From positions 14,021,045-14,085,044 of the forward strand of contig NC_092680.1 in NCBI RefSeq assembly GCF_964355755.1: a stretch of 64,000 nt of DNA. The letters run 5' to 3'. A program made the position numbers and the translations under genes. Shown one piece after another: positions 1 to 13,600 of this stretch. This DNA is from Antedon mediterranea. Lineage: Eukaryota; Animalia; Echinodermata. How positions within the stretch are numbered: position 1 is the stretch's first letter; the number at the start of each line of letters is the position of its first letter. The notes under the pieces were generated by a model. That model searched no databases and was not told the DNA's origin. It saw nothing but the letters and a program-made list of their open reading frames with translations.

Positions 1-371
1 ATAAAAGACAACAGAAACATTACAATTTTAACCAAAAACCATTGTCTGACAGACCATTTAAGTATTTTTTGCTTTAGATTACATTTTTGTAGGTAAATAT
101 TTTTTTTAGATCCAGTTTTGGTCAAAGTGAATAACTATATATGTGAAATTAAAATTATTGAATTGAAAAACTATTGAAAAAAATTTTTTTTTTAAAATAT
201 TTTGTAAGGGGACAAAATATCTTTAAATAAACAGATTAGCATTCCTGATCTGGATAAGCGATCCTGATCACTATCCAGATCAGACATTCTCATGCAGACT
301 GATCGGTGTAAGCCAGACTTACATGTAGAAACAAATCATTTCCTATTTCATAATATTTGTATTGTAGTTAT

Positions 372-1232
372 CCCTTTCACTGCGTATACCCGGTACTACC
401 GGGTATAAACGGACGTCGTTGAAATACGTATACACAGTAATACCGGGTATAGGCAAAACAATGATTTAATCGTATTTGCCTATAATATCTAGCACCCTCT
501 ATATTTTTTCGATGAACTTTGCAAGTCATTAAAACATTTTTCCAGCAAAAAAAACCACCCTCTATAGTTGTATTATCGTCTTGAAAATAATGCGCCCTCT
601 ATAGTTAATTAATTAATTAATTATAGTATAGTATATATAATAGTATTTCTATCTTGGAAAGTTGTTTTGAGTAGCATAATGGCGGCCATTTTGAAAATAA
701 CAAAAATTTACCAGCCCCAATAGGGCAACATCATGTTTATCACAACACACACAAAAAAAATTCTGAAACAATAGTTAGCTTTTGTACTATAATGAATTTT
801 TGGAAACTGTCTTTATTTTCACGATTTTGCCCCAAAACTTTGATTAGTGCATAATTTTTATAAAACAATAAAAATTATTCAATTTAAATATTTTTATTTG
901 TTATACGTATCTTCATCAATATCCAGTTGGAAAAACGTATTCAATAAGAATTTCTTATAGAAAGTATAGTTTTTATCATTGATTCGATAAAAAACATGAA
1001 ATTTAAAATACCTGTAATGACGTCATCAATATGCAAATTACATTATTTTGTTATACCTAACTGTAGACTAACCCTTACTTAACTGTAGACTAAACCCTTT
1101 GTCCATCACACACCACAAAAATAATTACACAATTATCTCAATTAGTATTTTTTTGCAATTTATTAAAATATCATGTTTTTCTTAAATATATATTACGCAC
1201 AGTGGTGGGAATAATGCTCCGCAATGAAAGGG
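372..1232. mobile_element. non-autonomous piggyBac-like element
   Basis: TIRs CCCTTTCACTGCG / CGCAATGAAAGGG (12/13 match). The right flank is TTAA and the left flank TTAT (mutated TTAA). Confidence 0.75.
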
Positions 1233-4200
1233 TTAAGGTCCCAAAAATGATCTTTCAATATGAATGACCTGTATATGAAAACTAGTACATGCAGCACTGA
1301 AGTTATTTTCTGAAATGCGCCATATTGGTCTTGTGCTGCAACAGAATAATCCATAAATTTCAATCAATTTGAGTATATTATCTAGCACATTGCAAGCAGG
1401 CATTATGTCATCTATAATGTAGATGAGTTAACATTATTTATTATACATATAATATATTATTCATGTTGCATAATTTAATGTCATTCCTTTCCCTTGTTGT
1501 GGCCCAAAATGTTGGGTATTTCCATAATTTCAAGAAATGTCATTTAGACATCAATATTTTTAACCAGCACAGCGCAAAATTCTTGTGTTTAATATCTGAA
1601 CATAATGTGAATTCAAATAGGTTTGACCATCCCCTGTGGCATTAATGTTATATTTGCCAATAGAAAATATAACTATATATTCAAAGATCTCATTGAGATG
1701 GTGATGTATGTATGATATAATTTGAAACGAAAGCCATTGCAGATATAAGACATACTCAAACACAATTTTAACATAATATTTAAAAAATTGTACATATTTG
1801 GGAATGAATAGAGATTACACAAATTATGCACACATAAATATATAAATATCCAAAGGCAAATTAGTGAAAATAATGACAATGCTATGTGTATCAGTGGCTG
1901 GATTTCAATGAAGATACAAAATAAAATAAGCAACTAGATTTGAACGAGAACCATCTTTTAATGTAACATAAAGATAGGAAGTTTAGAAGATAATTATCTA
2001 AATAATTACATTAATGAAAATTTTAATAATTTTGGGCACAAAAAGTGATTTGCACTCTATTTTAAACATTAATTTTTAAATTCAATTGGCCATATGATGA
2101 CTCATGACATCCGGTAGACAACATTTTGATATGAATTCATATCTGCAATTCAACAGCTTCCATAAAAAAAATGTGGGTCATTTTTAAAGAGGCCACATTT
2201 TTAGAGGTGCAAGTAGAGTTGAAAATAGAGCAATCAATTTATCAAAGAAAGAAATATTCTCTGCATTCAATAAATGGTAAATCATTGACAAATGCTAGGC
2301 CGGGAAGCTAGGCCATTCAAATAGGCAGTGCTCACACTTTAGACACAGAGTAGAGCAGTTATAGATGGCACGCACAACAAGTTGATTTCCGAACAGTCAA
2401 CAATGTTGTGTGGAAAAAATTCTCAAAATGTTATGTGAAATCTGAATGTGCATTAGAGTGCGTTAATTATCACCATAAGATATTACTTTTTCGTTAGGTA
2501 GGGCTAATTCCAAATGACATGTGATGCATAATTGACCAAAAAATTGCAAGAACACAATCAGGTTTGTTATAAAAAAACAAATAATGAATGTTTATATTCA
2601 TGGAATTGTACAAAATGGTACATTCATTATATGTATAATATTAAATGTGCTCCTATTTAATAAAGTTATTACAGAAAACATATTTGTATTTTCATAGCTT
2701 TCAAAAGAGTAACAAGTATTTTTCCAATGTTTTCAAATACCCATACACTTTATGACTTGAGAAGATTCTTTGTATCATAGTGACAAATTAAAAGATAAAA
2801 AATACCTATAACTTTATATCATTTAATACATGATTTATTGGAAGCCAATTACATATGTGCTTTGGCCAAAGGATATATTAGCAATTATATGGGGAGCACA
2901 ATAGGAAATAAGAAATATTCAAGAACCATCATACACAGTACGGTAAATAAACTAGCCAAAATCAATTGCAGAATCTTCTGGTTTAAACATACCCCTGGAA
3001 CTGTTTCAATAACTTGCGAGCTAGAACTTGATAACTTTAACACCGGTAATATTTGGCAACTGTTGTCAAAGTAGTCTGCATGGATTGACAATCTTGGCAA
3101 GATGCCAAATAAAACCATCTTCCGTTATTTCATAAAAAAAACACAACTTCCTCTTCAATATTTTATGGTACGATGATCGCCAATATGTCAATCTTTATAA
3201 TAAGGTGATTTAGTCATGATAAAGAAAACCAAAATAAAAAAATATTTTTCATTTTTAAATCCACCCTTTTGACTGACATCAGGGTTTAGTTCTTTAAGAC
3301 AAGATATATATATCGGACAAATAATATCAGTGTACAGCCTAGAAAAAAATAATCAGAGCCTATGTAAACTAACAGTTTAATTTATTATTATGTGCAAAAA
3401 AAAAGCGTTATGAAAAAGGAAGAACATGGAAGTAAGGTAATACTCCCTCATCTCTAACCAGGGTTCGAACTGCAGTTATCATCAGTTGAATCCCGGCCAG
3501 AAAATCATAATACTATAATAATACTTTGGGGAATAGAAAATGTATGAGGCGGCGTTAATTTAAAGAAGAAAATGGTACATGGTTTAAAAGGTAAATTTGT
3601 TTAAATAAAAATATCTATATGCCCGTTTGTAGTAGGAAATCTAAAAGATTTTGTGGGGTATCCAGGGTCTACAAAACTCCATAGAGAGTATTAACAATGT
3701 TAAATTTACTCATAACTAGAGAGTAGAAGTATTACTTTTGCTTTCACTAGTAGTGTACAAATGTAAAAGGTCTAAAAGCTGGCAATCAGAATAGATTTTA
3801 AATAGTATCCGAGATTATTTTTACTCTTACTTAAAACATAAAATTTATTCAGTTAGGATGGAAGGGATTTGCCACCCTTCACTGAATAGAATGTCTATAT
3901 CCCCAGCTAGTTTTTTTTTACAGTTTCTAAGTCATCAACCGATGCTTTGAAAATTACCATTTCCTGTCAACTTACGATTGTAATTCAACCAATGTGTTAC
4001 ATATTTCTTCAAAACTACAAGCCAAGTTTAGCTCTTAAAAAAATGATAACATAGGTTAATCTGGAAAATGTTATGGCTTCTACAGTATATATAAATTATG
4101 CTTAATTTTGACATAGGCGAGCACAATGGAAAAACTGATATAAAGATCTCCTACCTTACCTACCTTATCTATCTCAGATATACTGCGAAAAGTAGATTTG

Positions 4201-6887
4201 TTAAGTTACGATATTGTTTCATATTTCTCTCTTAGGAAGATATTATAAAGGGTTTTAGAAAATTTCTTTTTTTCATCGGTAAATTTTCAACCGTCGAGTT
4301 GATGTAATCACTTTGCGACTTCCGGGTTTTTGCTAACCCTCCAATATTTGCCGTTGGTGGCAACATACACACTTTGCTTTTTGTATGCAAAATGAAATTA
4401 TACTGCAAAAAATATGTTCCTCTATTCCCCCTAAATTGCAAGTCTAATATTAGTACCTTTTAATTCCCCTATATTCACTAGTCTATATTAGAATGGAATA
4501 AAACCATTTTTTGTCGCCATTTCTGTGAGTGTTGGTACTGTTAACACATAATTATATAATAAACTACTGACAATTGGTTCTCAACCATTTTCACTTATCT
4601 TCTTTGATATTCAGAAAAGCATGTGTAGCTTTTTAACATATTTGCCATTAGAGTTCCTGTTGCATCACACCAAATAACTTTTCAAATATATAATTTTTAT
4701 ATCAACTGCATTTTTGGTACTTTAAATCAGTGGGTGATTATTGACGAAAAAAGTTTTTGTTTTGTTTTGTTTTTTATTGTGTTTTAGAAATAGCTTGAAA
4801 ATTTCAAATTGAAATAGTTCCACCCACAAAATCCTCGACTGATTTGCATGAAACATGTATAAATGTATTTTGACATCATATGTAACGATAGTGGCTACTG
4901 ATATAAACATTTATTCATGTACGTTTAACCGGTTATTTAAAAATTGTCACGTTTCTTGTGCAAAGAAATTGAGGTCAATTTATCCACACGATTATTATTC
5001 AGTTATTTATTCACAGCAGAAACGGGCCCAGAGAGTATGAATGGGCGATGAGTAGATTTAACAATTTTAGATAAAATTGATTGATATTGAGCTGTATGAG
5101 CGCCACTAACTCCTAAGGGAAGTGAGGGAGCACACTTGATTGATAATCAAATTCAATAACTGTGTTGCAAGATTTTCTTAAACATTTGAGCACATATCAA
5201 GTTAAATTCAAGGGAGATTGTGATGCCGCAAAAAATATTTGATCCATTTATTATGTACTTGTAACACCCATTTTGATGTAAATATATGCCGCTGAATAAT
5301 TTAAACGTCGAAATATTCAAAGGGTGGCAGCATTCATTCATGGTTTAGAGTGTACAGTATTCTTAAGTTGTGCAGTGTTTTTTAATTAACCATAGAAGAC
5401 AAGGAATAACCTGGTTTAATGTGTTTAAAGTAATATACTGTATGCATTATTTTTTCAAAATGTAAAAAAAATTGCAGGGAAAGTGTTTTTAAGCATTGGG
5501 CCATTTTCGAGAGCTTGTGACATAAGTTGTAAACTTTACCAAGAAAATCTAATGTTAACTTAGCCAAAATATGTACATTAAAAACATCACCCAGTTGGAA
5601 TGGATAGAATAGAATGGATTTCAAGAGTTTAAACTAATTGGCTCGGTCTTGTTAAATAGATCAACTTTTCAACTCAAAAATTTAAAAAAAAAGAAAATTA
5701 TCCATTAACTCCACTCATATTAACATTCATTAAATATAAAAATATTTGTATATTCTTGTACAATATGCCCTGTCATGTTAAAATCCTTACTGGCCAATCT
5801 AAAAGCTTAAACGTTAAATGTCCACTAAAAATTGGAAACTTTAAAAAAAATTGTTAGGTCTATTTACATCATAAATAAATTGTATTTTGAAACAATGGCA
5901 ATTATTCGTAAGAATAAGCATTATTTATAAGAAAGGGCAGGACACATTACCATTTGTAAAGAAACATGATACTAATGAATAGAGAAAAACATAACAGGAA
6001 TTTGGAATCAAATTTGTCGAAATACATACAAAATATAATCAATAGCATTTGTCAGAATTAAAAAAAAGGATGTACGCATGTTTTCTAACATACAGAATGT
6101 ATTATGTTAATGTTCAACAGTTGTCAATGACTCTAATACATGCAATGCACATGATACTAATTATTTGTTATATATAAAACATGAGGAATTATAAAATGAA
6201 GAAAATGGTTGCTACTAAAACTATTAATAAGTTTAACTTTTTATTAGGAAAAGAATTAAATTAATTTTGTTAGGAAAAGAATTGCTAAATACGTGATTAT
6301 TGACAAGTACTATCTCTTGCCATTTATTCAATAGCGTTTACTAACTCATTTTATGCTCTTTTTTATATCAGTCGGATGTTCCTCTAAAATGAAACCTATA
6401 ATGGCAAAGCAGTAACGGTAAGCAGAAAATAAAAACATTGAATCTATTATGGTATATCTTATGATCATTTGCACAAAACAGAATATCTGTTGGAAAATAT
6501 ATCAGCTACCATAACCTTTGTCGATTTTGGTTAATCTAGCTAATGAAAATTGATTTGATTAAGGTGTTAGGTTGCTATAATTTATACCAAGAGTTTGTGA
6601 ATCCTTGACGCTTTTGTTTACGATGAAACAGCATGACTTCCATCATAGTTTTTCGACTGAACTAATAATTTGTGAATATTTTGAAATTTAATTATTATTT
6701 TTTTATATCTTTTATAAAAATAACATAGAATATAATATTAATTATATACTAAAATAGTGATTTGTCGTTATTGAGTAGAAAATGGCGAGTTTTTTCAGAG
6801 ATTATCGACCGGCTACGTGAGGCCCACCTAATCGGCATCGCTACTTCATTTGATTTTAATAAACAATGCCTCATTTTAAAGCTTATT

Positions 6888-7325
6888 AGTTATCCGCACC
6901 TTGGCGGATAACTCCTTGTGATTGTATGAGATCATCATAAACTTTTTTTTCAGTATTATTCTTCTTTCTTTCCACCCTATTTTTGTGCATCTCGTTTCTC
7001 TAAAACGTGTAAACATAACAACATCATTATCAGCCTATCGACATTTACATAATGTTGTGCAAAAAAGACTCCATGGAGCTCGACCAACAAGTAATAGTCC
7101 ACAAAATATTGATAATAAGTATAATTTTAACGTTAATATTGTAGACGCTCCTTAAAAATGATGGACTGCAAGAGTCAACTTTCTGTGGATTAAAAATGGC
7201 ATGTTTCACACAAAGTTACACGCGCACAGGCATTAAAATTTTAAAATGCGCAAAATTAATTTTTAATCAACTTTCTATGCAAATCATGGTATTTTGCGCA
7301 TGTCAAAAAGCGTGCGCTCGGAGTA
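6888..7325 (+). mobile_element. 3'-truncated Helentron/DINE-1-like (HINE) element
   Basis: Head AGTTATCCGCACCTTGGCGGATAACT, followed by sequence homologous to the bodies at 10963-11430 and 12556-12960 (e.g. GGATTAAAAATGGCATGTTTCACACAAAGTTAC). Confidence 0.75.
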
Positions 7326-7829
7326 TAAAAAACAAATTAGAACATTTCCACAGGGTTCATGGAATGTACATTATCTGATGAGAAAAATTAATAAGTTGTA
7401 GCTCTCTTCTAATAGGCCAATGTCGGTTTATCCAGGTAAGCTAGGCACGAAATAGACTAATTATTGTATCTTTATTTTCAAATTATAAATTGTTACTCAC
7501 TACTGCAGCATACACCACACATCATGTTATACCTAGATAAATTTGGACTAAAATAATAAATTGATAAAATAAATAGAAATCTTCAATATCTCAAGGGCAG
7601 GAGAATGTAGAAGAAGCCTATGATAATGAATATCCTCATCATATGCACACCGAATTATAAATAAGAAAAAAAAATTACCTCCATTTCCTAACAATTCACA
7701 AGGTGGTTATTTTGTTTAATCTTTCAATAATGCATTTAATATTCCCTAGAAGGATAGATTACAAATGTATGATTGGTCTGGCAAGAAGTATAAAATCCAT
7801 GAAAATTAAAATACAGTAGAACCTTTCCT

Positions 7830-8229
7830 CTGGGACACCCTGGGGACACTGCTGGCACACCCTGGGGACACTGCTGGGACACCCTGGAGACACTGCTGGG
7901 ACACCCTGGGGACACTGCTGGGACACCCTGGGGACACTGCTGGGACACCGCTGGGACACCCTGGGGACACTGCCGGGACACCCTGGGGACACCCTGGGGA
8001 CACTGCTGGGACACCCTGGAGACACTGCTGGGACACCCTGGAGACACTGCTGGGACACCCTGGAGACACTGCTGGGACACCCTGGGGACACTGCTGGGAC
8101 ACCCTGGGGACACTGCTGGGACACTGCTGGGGACACTGCCGGGACACTGCTGGGGACACTGCCGGGACACCCTGGGGACACTGCTGGGACACCCTGGGGA
8201 CACTGCTGGGACACCCTGGGGACACTGCT
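7830..8229. repeat. GC-rich minisatellite, ~22-bp unit CTGCTGGGACACCCTGGGGACA with variants
   Basis: Directly visible tandem array of about 400 bp. It explains the three overlapping repetitive ORFs in the track. Confidence 0.95.
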
Positions 8230-9149
8230 GTGAAAGGAACAAAGAGATAATAAATGTTTTAACACTACTGTACAGCCAACCAATATTTAGAAGAAACTGA
8301 CTTTGTCCCATTTAATGGCTGTAATATACAGTTTCAAACTTGTAATTGAATTTTACCAACAAAAGTATTGGAATATATTTAGTACTATAGCAACATTAAG
8401 AAGAAACACATTTCAACAATCAGCAATCGACATAGTTTGTATAAATCGAAAGCTCTGTAAAAGTAATAAATACATTTTTTAACAGAATAGGGAAGAGATC
8501 TAAATTCATGTTGTTTAAAAAAAATTAATACAAGTTTTAGGAATTGAACACGTACCCTGGGATTTGAAAGAAATTGCCAAGCTTTTATACCACTTATTAG
8601 TTCAGTCAGCCTGTATTAAAATTTTTTTTCAATATTTGCCATATTCATCCAGAACAAGATTGTTACACTAAAGTGCGCCAATCATCATTCTCCTATCTGC
8701 CTGTTAAACATTTCATTATCATGTCTGATAATATGTACAGTAGCTGATATCCTTTCCTTATTACTATGATTTTACTATTGAGAAAAGAATATAAATTGGA
8801 AATCTGAAATCCATACACATTTTTTTTTTTAATCTTAGTGTAAAAATATTAGGAAATATGAAATCCATAAAAAAAATATAAAAAGATATCACATAAAAAT
8901 CTTCTTTTGGTTTGGACTTTTTATGCATCATAAACATAATGATTCCGGTCGTGATTTGAAACAAGGGTGCTGATATGCCGAATGTTAATACATGCTGATA
9001 TGCCTTGAATGTTAATACATTCTTATATTGTGCTTAAATGCTCAAAGCTTTTAAGTGCTTCACATAATTATCCCAGTCATTTTTAATCAAACATGTATGG
9101 AAACATATTTTATGTTGCAAGTGAAAAGCGCAGTTGTTCATTTGAGCTT

Positions 9150-9300
9150 GCCATGTACCCATTTGTACACATGGGTGGAGAGAGGTAAACATACATAAAG
9201 GTGTCTCAGATGCCTAAGGACATAAGCAATGCGACGAGCATTGGACTCAAAATCATGATCTTGCAATCAGAATTCAAACACACTGCACCACACGCTGCCC
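9150..9300 (-). mobile_element. degenerate tRNA-derived SINE (MIR/CORE/Meta-like)
   Basis: Plus strand TACCCATTTGTACACATGGGTGGAGAGAGG...GTGTCT...AAGGACA...GGACTCAAAATC resembles the reverse complement of a SINE head plus conserved core. Confidence 0.5.
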
Positions 9301-10680
9301 CCAACCCACACACCCAAAGCGTAATGCATCACAACAAATCTCATAAGATACTGTAGATGCCTTGATCATAACTTTAAATTTAATGTAATCAAAAATATTC
9401 TCAATTTCGTATATCTTTGATGTACAAAATACAAATGGAACTTTTCATTATTTAGGATTGCTTGTAAATTGGTATGTTAAATTCTGATTAAACCACTCTA
9501 CCATAATCATTTTAACATGGCTTTTTGGCCTAAATTCATTAATTAATTAATTAAACATAAAACAAAATGTTACTGCATTTAGTAATTCATCTAAATTAGA
9601 ATTCCAGAATTTCTATTATTTAGATAATATTTGACACCTCAATGTCAAAAAAAAGTTTTTAATAATGAATACTATATACTACTACATATTATAAAATGGA
9701 TGAAATTGTTGTGTTAGTATTCTGTACATTATTATTGCAAATAATCAATATGTCTGTCATGGTTGAAAGGGAATATGGAAAGAACTACTTAAGGTATTAA
9801 TATCACAAAATACTGTTAAACCATATTTAATTTTTTTTTTAATAGTACAGTACATCTCAATTGCAACCATGAGTACACTGGTCTTTAGTGTAACGAAATA
9901 AAAACAAAATATGTTGCTATTACAGACTTTGTAATTGTGAAAACATGCATCATTGTTGTTTCAAGGTTTATATTCAAAATTTAATTTATGTATATTTATA
10001 CAGGATATTCTGAAAATAGTTTAGCACCATTATAATCACCAAATGAAATCTTTAAATACTTTTATGTGACTACAATAAATACAGTTTATTGCACGTATCA
10101 TCTGATGTGATGACTTTACAAAAATAAACTGGAAATATTTCTTACAAAAAACGCTGCTCGCTTGTTGACGCAACAGTTTTGTCCCTCTGAAAAATATTTT
10201 TTATTTCAAATTTGTTTTTGAATGCGTCATTTTATTGTCACATAATAGTTATTCACATTAACCAAACAATTATTTACCTGAAAAAATGTAATTTAAATCA
10301 AAAAATATTTAAAGTGTCTCTTTTTATACATGAATAAATATTATTTTTTGTTACAGAAGTGAATAACTTTTGTATTTGAAGTAAAATTCACACTTTAATA
10401 TGTAATAATTGTGCAATTGAAATTGAAAAATAAAAAATACTGAATTTGTAAATTAAATAATTTAAATAAAAATGATGTCTAAATAATATTACTTTATTAT
10501 ACTACTGTAAACAGACTTAATTTCTCTCATTTTAGTTTATTTTATTGCTAAGGTCAAGCCTGGGGTCACTTCATCAAGCCTAAATATGTGAACAAATTGT
10601 ATCCTATTACAAACAAAAACTTTGCTATGGACTGTTTTGATCATAGTTCAATGGTTATCTGACAGCGAATTACAGTATTA

Positions 10681-13600
10681 CCGTATATTTCGGTGTATAA
10701 GTCGCACCTGTGTATAAGTCGCACCTGTGTATAAGACGCACCCCCTAACTGAGAGTAAAATATCGGTTTTTTTTATATTGTCGATGTATAAGACGCACCT
10801 TATATTTCATCAAAATAATGTTTTTTTTAATTGTAATCAATATTATTGGTTATCCGCACTTGGCGGATAACCCCTTGTTATTGTAAGGATCTTTTTTTTT
10901 TTTTTGGTTATCCGCACTTGGCGGATAACCCCTTGTTATTGTAAGGATCTTTTTTTTTTTTTGGTTATCCGCAACGAAGTTGCAGGATAACCTCTTGTGA
11001 TTGTACGAAATCATCAACATCAACTTTTTATTTCTCTTCTTTCTTTCTGTATGATTTTTGTGGAACGCTTTTCTCGAAAACTTGCAAACATAACATTTTG
11101 TAACTTTCTCAACATATCGTCGTGCACATGAAGATGTGCAGCGAAGCTTTTCATGATGTTTACAATTGCGCAACGTGACTTACGCGCGATTTAACGATTT
11201 TGTCGTATTTAACATAGCTCGACAACCAAATAACATTTCAACTTGAAACTTTGCAAAAGTTTAATTTATATCCTGCGCTAACTTTCTGTTGAAAAAAAAT
11301 TGCGTGTTTTACACAAAGTTACGCACGCACGCGCATATAAAATTTCAAAATGCGCAAAATTAATTTATAATCAACTTTCTACGCGTTTCATGTCGTTTTA
11401 AGCATGTCAACAATTCCCATGCGTGCGCACATTTTTACGTGTGCGGTGCGCACGTAGCATCGAAAACGTATTTTATTCGCGTAATTTATGTTTTTCCAGC
11501 CTTTTCTAGTAATTTTACCAAATTTTATACAATTTCGACTTAAAGATACGTCATACGAGCACGTCGAATTGGACAATTTGCGCGCGTTTTTTATGAAAAG
11601 GTTAAAAAATTCGTTTAAAATATGCCTTTTTTTAAACAGTCGTAATTTCTAAACTAGACGGTCAAATTTTTGTGGATGACATATTCTAGAAGTAGATGAG
11701 TTGTAGATATCGGATCAGGTATTAATATGGCTAACCGGACATAGTGACGTCATCGTATGGCCACGCGAATATAAAATTTAGGATTTTTGTATCTTTCGTC
11801 ATAGCTCATCACATTGAATAGAGCGCATCTCCACTTATCCGATGTCCATTTTCACCCCGATTTTGATATTGTCTAGGTCAATCAACTATCTTTCGCATGA
11901 GTTAAAAATATTTTAATTTTTTTGACGTCATCATGCCTAAAAATTTAAATCACGTGTGGCATTAATTTCATCTTTACAGTAAATTTTAATCTGTTATAGC
12001 TCGAAAGAATAAAATGTGATAATCACGATTAAAACTTTTTCTGGAAGCTATTGGATTGTAGATACGAAATTATGTAAAAATGTTGCCAATCGGATGTTGT
12101 GACGTCATTATATGGCCAGTTAAATAAAAAAGATCGTATTTTCATCTTTTGCGTCATAATTCATTACATTTAAAAGAGCGCGCATCAATATTTCACGTAT
12201 TCAAATTTCTTCTACACGCTAATACGTTGTTGCTGAGATAATTTCCTTTCGGAATTGCTATCTTCGCGTTTCATTTTAAAACCGTCAACATGTTAAAAAT
12301 TGCAATAAATAGCGGGTCCCGTAATTTCACCTATTCTACACTGTATGTGATATGGATACAGATTATACTGTGTATACTATATATGAATTTAAATAATAAA
12401 ATTCAGCAATAACAAACATATCATATTTTTCAGTTCAGGTCATAATGCCAACGTGAACACTTCCTTTTGTCCTCAACCTAACCCTTTAGTGTTAATGTTG
12501 CACCACTTGCGCGGCGGATAACCAAACTCGTCAAAGTGACGAGTTACATGTCTAGTTTCTATCTTATTCTTCTTTCTTTCCCAGAATTTTGTGTCACGTG
12601 TATCTCAAATTCTTATCAACATTACATCGTATAATTTTGTCAGAAGATTGACCTTTAACTGTAGAAGTGCAGGACATTTCGTTTTTTTACTTTAGAGTCG
12701 CGCAGCGTAAGTTACGCGCAATTTTATGAATTTCAATGATTGATCATAGATTAAAAACCAAAAGTCATTTTATATTGACGCTTGGTGAAAATTTAAGTCA
12801 TATCAAGAGCAAACTTTCTATGGATTAAAAATGGCATGTTTCACAAAAAGTTACGCGCGCACGCACGTTTAAAATTTCGGAATGCGCAAAATCAATTTCT
12901 AATCAACTTTCTACGCATTTCATGTCATTTTAAGCATGTCAAAAATTCCCACGTGAGCGCATATTTTTACGCGCGCGGTGCGCACGTAGCGCTAAAAACC
13001 TTTTTTTTTGCGTGATTTATGTTTTTCCAGTCTTTTCTAGTAATTTGACCAACTGTCTAACAATTTCGATTTAAAATCACGTCATACGAGCACGTCGAAT
13101 TGGATAATTTGTGGGCGTTTTTGATGAAAAAGTTAAAAAATTCGCCAAAATTAAGCCTTTTTTTAAACAGTCATAGATTCTAAACTACACGGTGAACTTT
13201 TTTTTAATTACATATTCTGGAGGTTGATGAGTTGTAGATATCGGATCATGGATCAATATGGCTAATTGGACATTGTGACGTCATCATATGGCCACTCGAA
13301 TATAAAATATAGGATTTTTGTCTTTTTCGTCATAGCTCATAACATTTAATTGAGCGCATCTGCACTTATCCTTATTCCATTTCCCTCCGTTTTTTATAAT
13401 GTCTTGGTCAATCAATTATCTTTCGCATGATTTAACATTTTTTAAATTGTGATGACGTCATCATGATTAAAAGCGTGCATAACGTGGGTCACTTATTTTC
13501 ATCATTACAGTAAATTTCAATCTGTTATAGCTCGTTAGAATAAAAAGTGATAATCATGATTAATACGTTTTCTGGAAGCTATTTGATTGTAGATACGAAT

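Noticed and set aside
2885-3118. Minus-strand ORF with a GG|gtatgt donor-like site as a further UBA6 exon
   Set aside because: No frame resembles the expected next E1 segment (AEA...LNPYV).
7736-8311. Three overlapping 139-191 aa ORFs rich in C/P/Q/V/S
   Set aside because: They are translations of a stop-free minisatellite in all three frames, with no domain or splice support.
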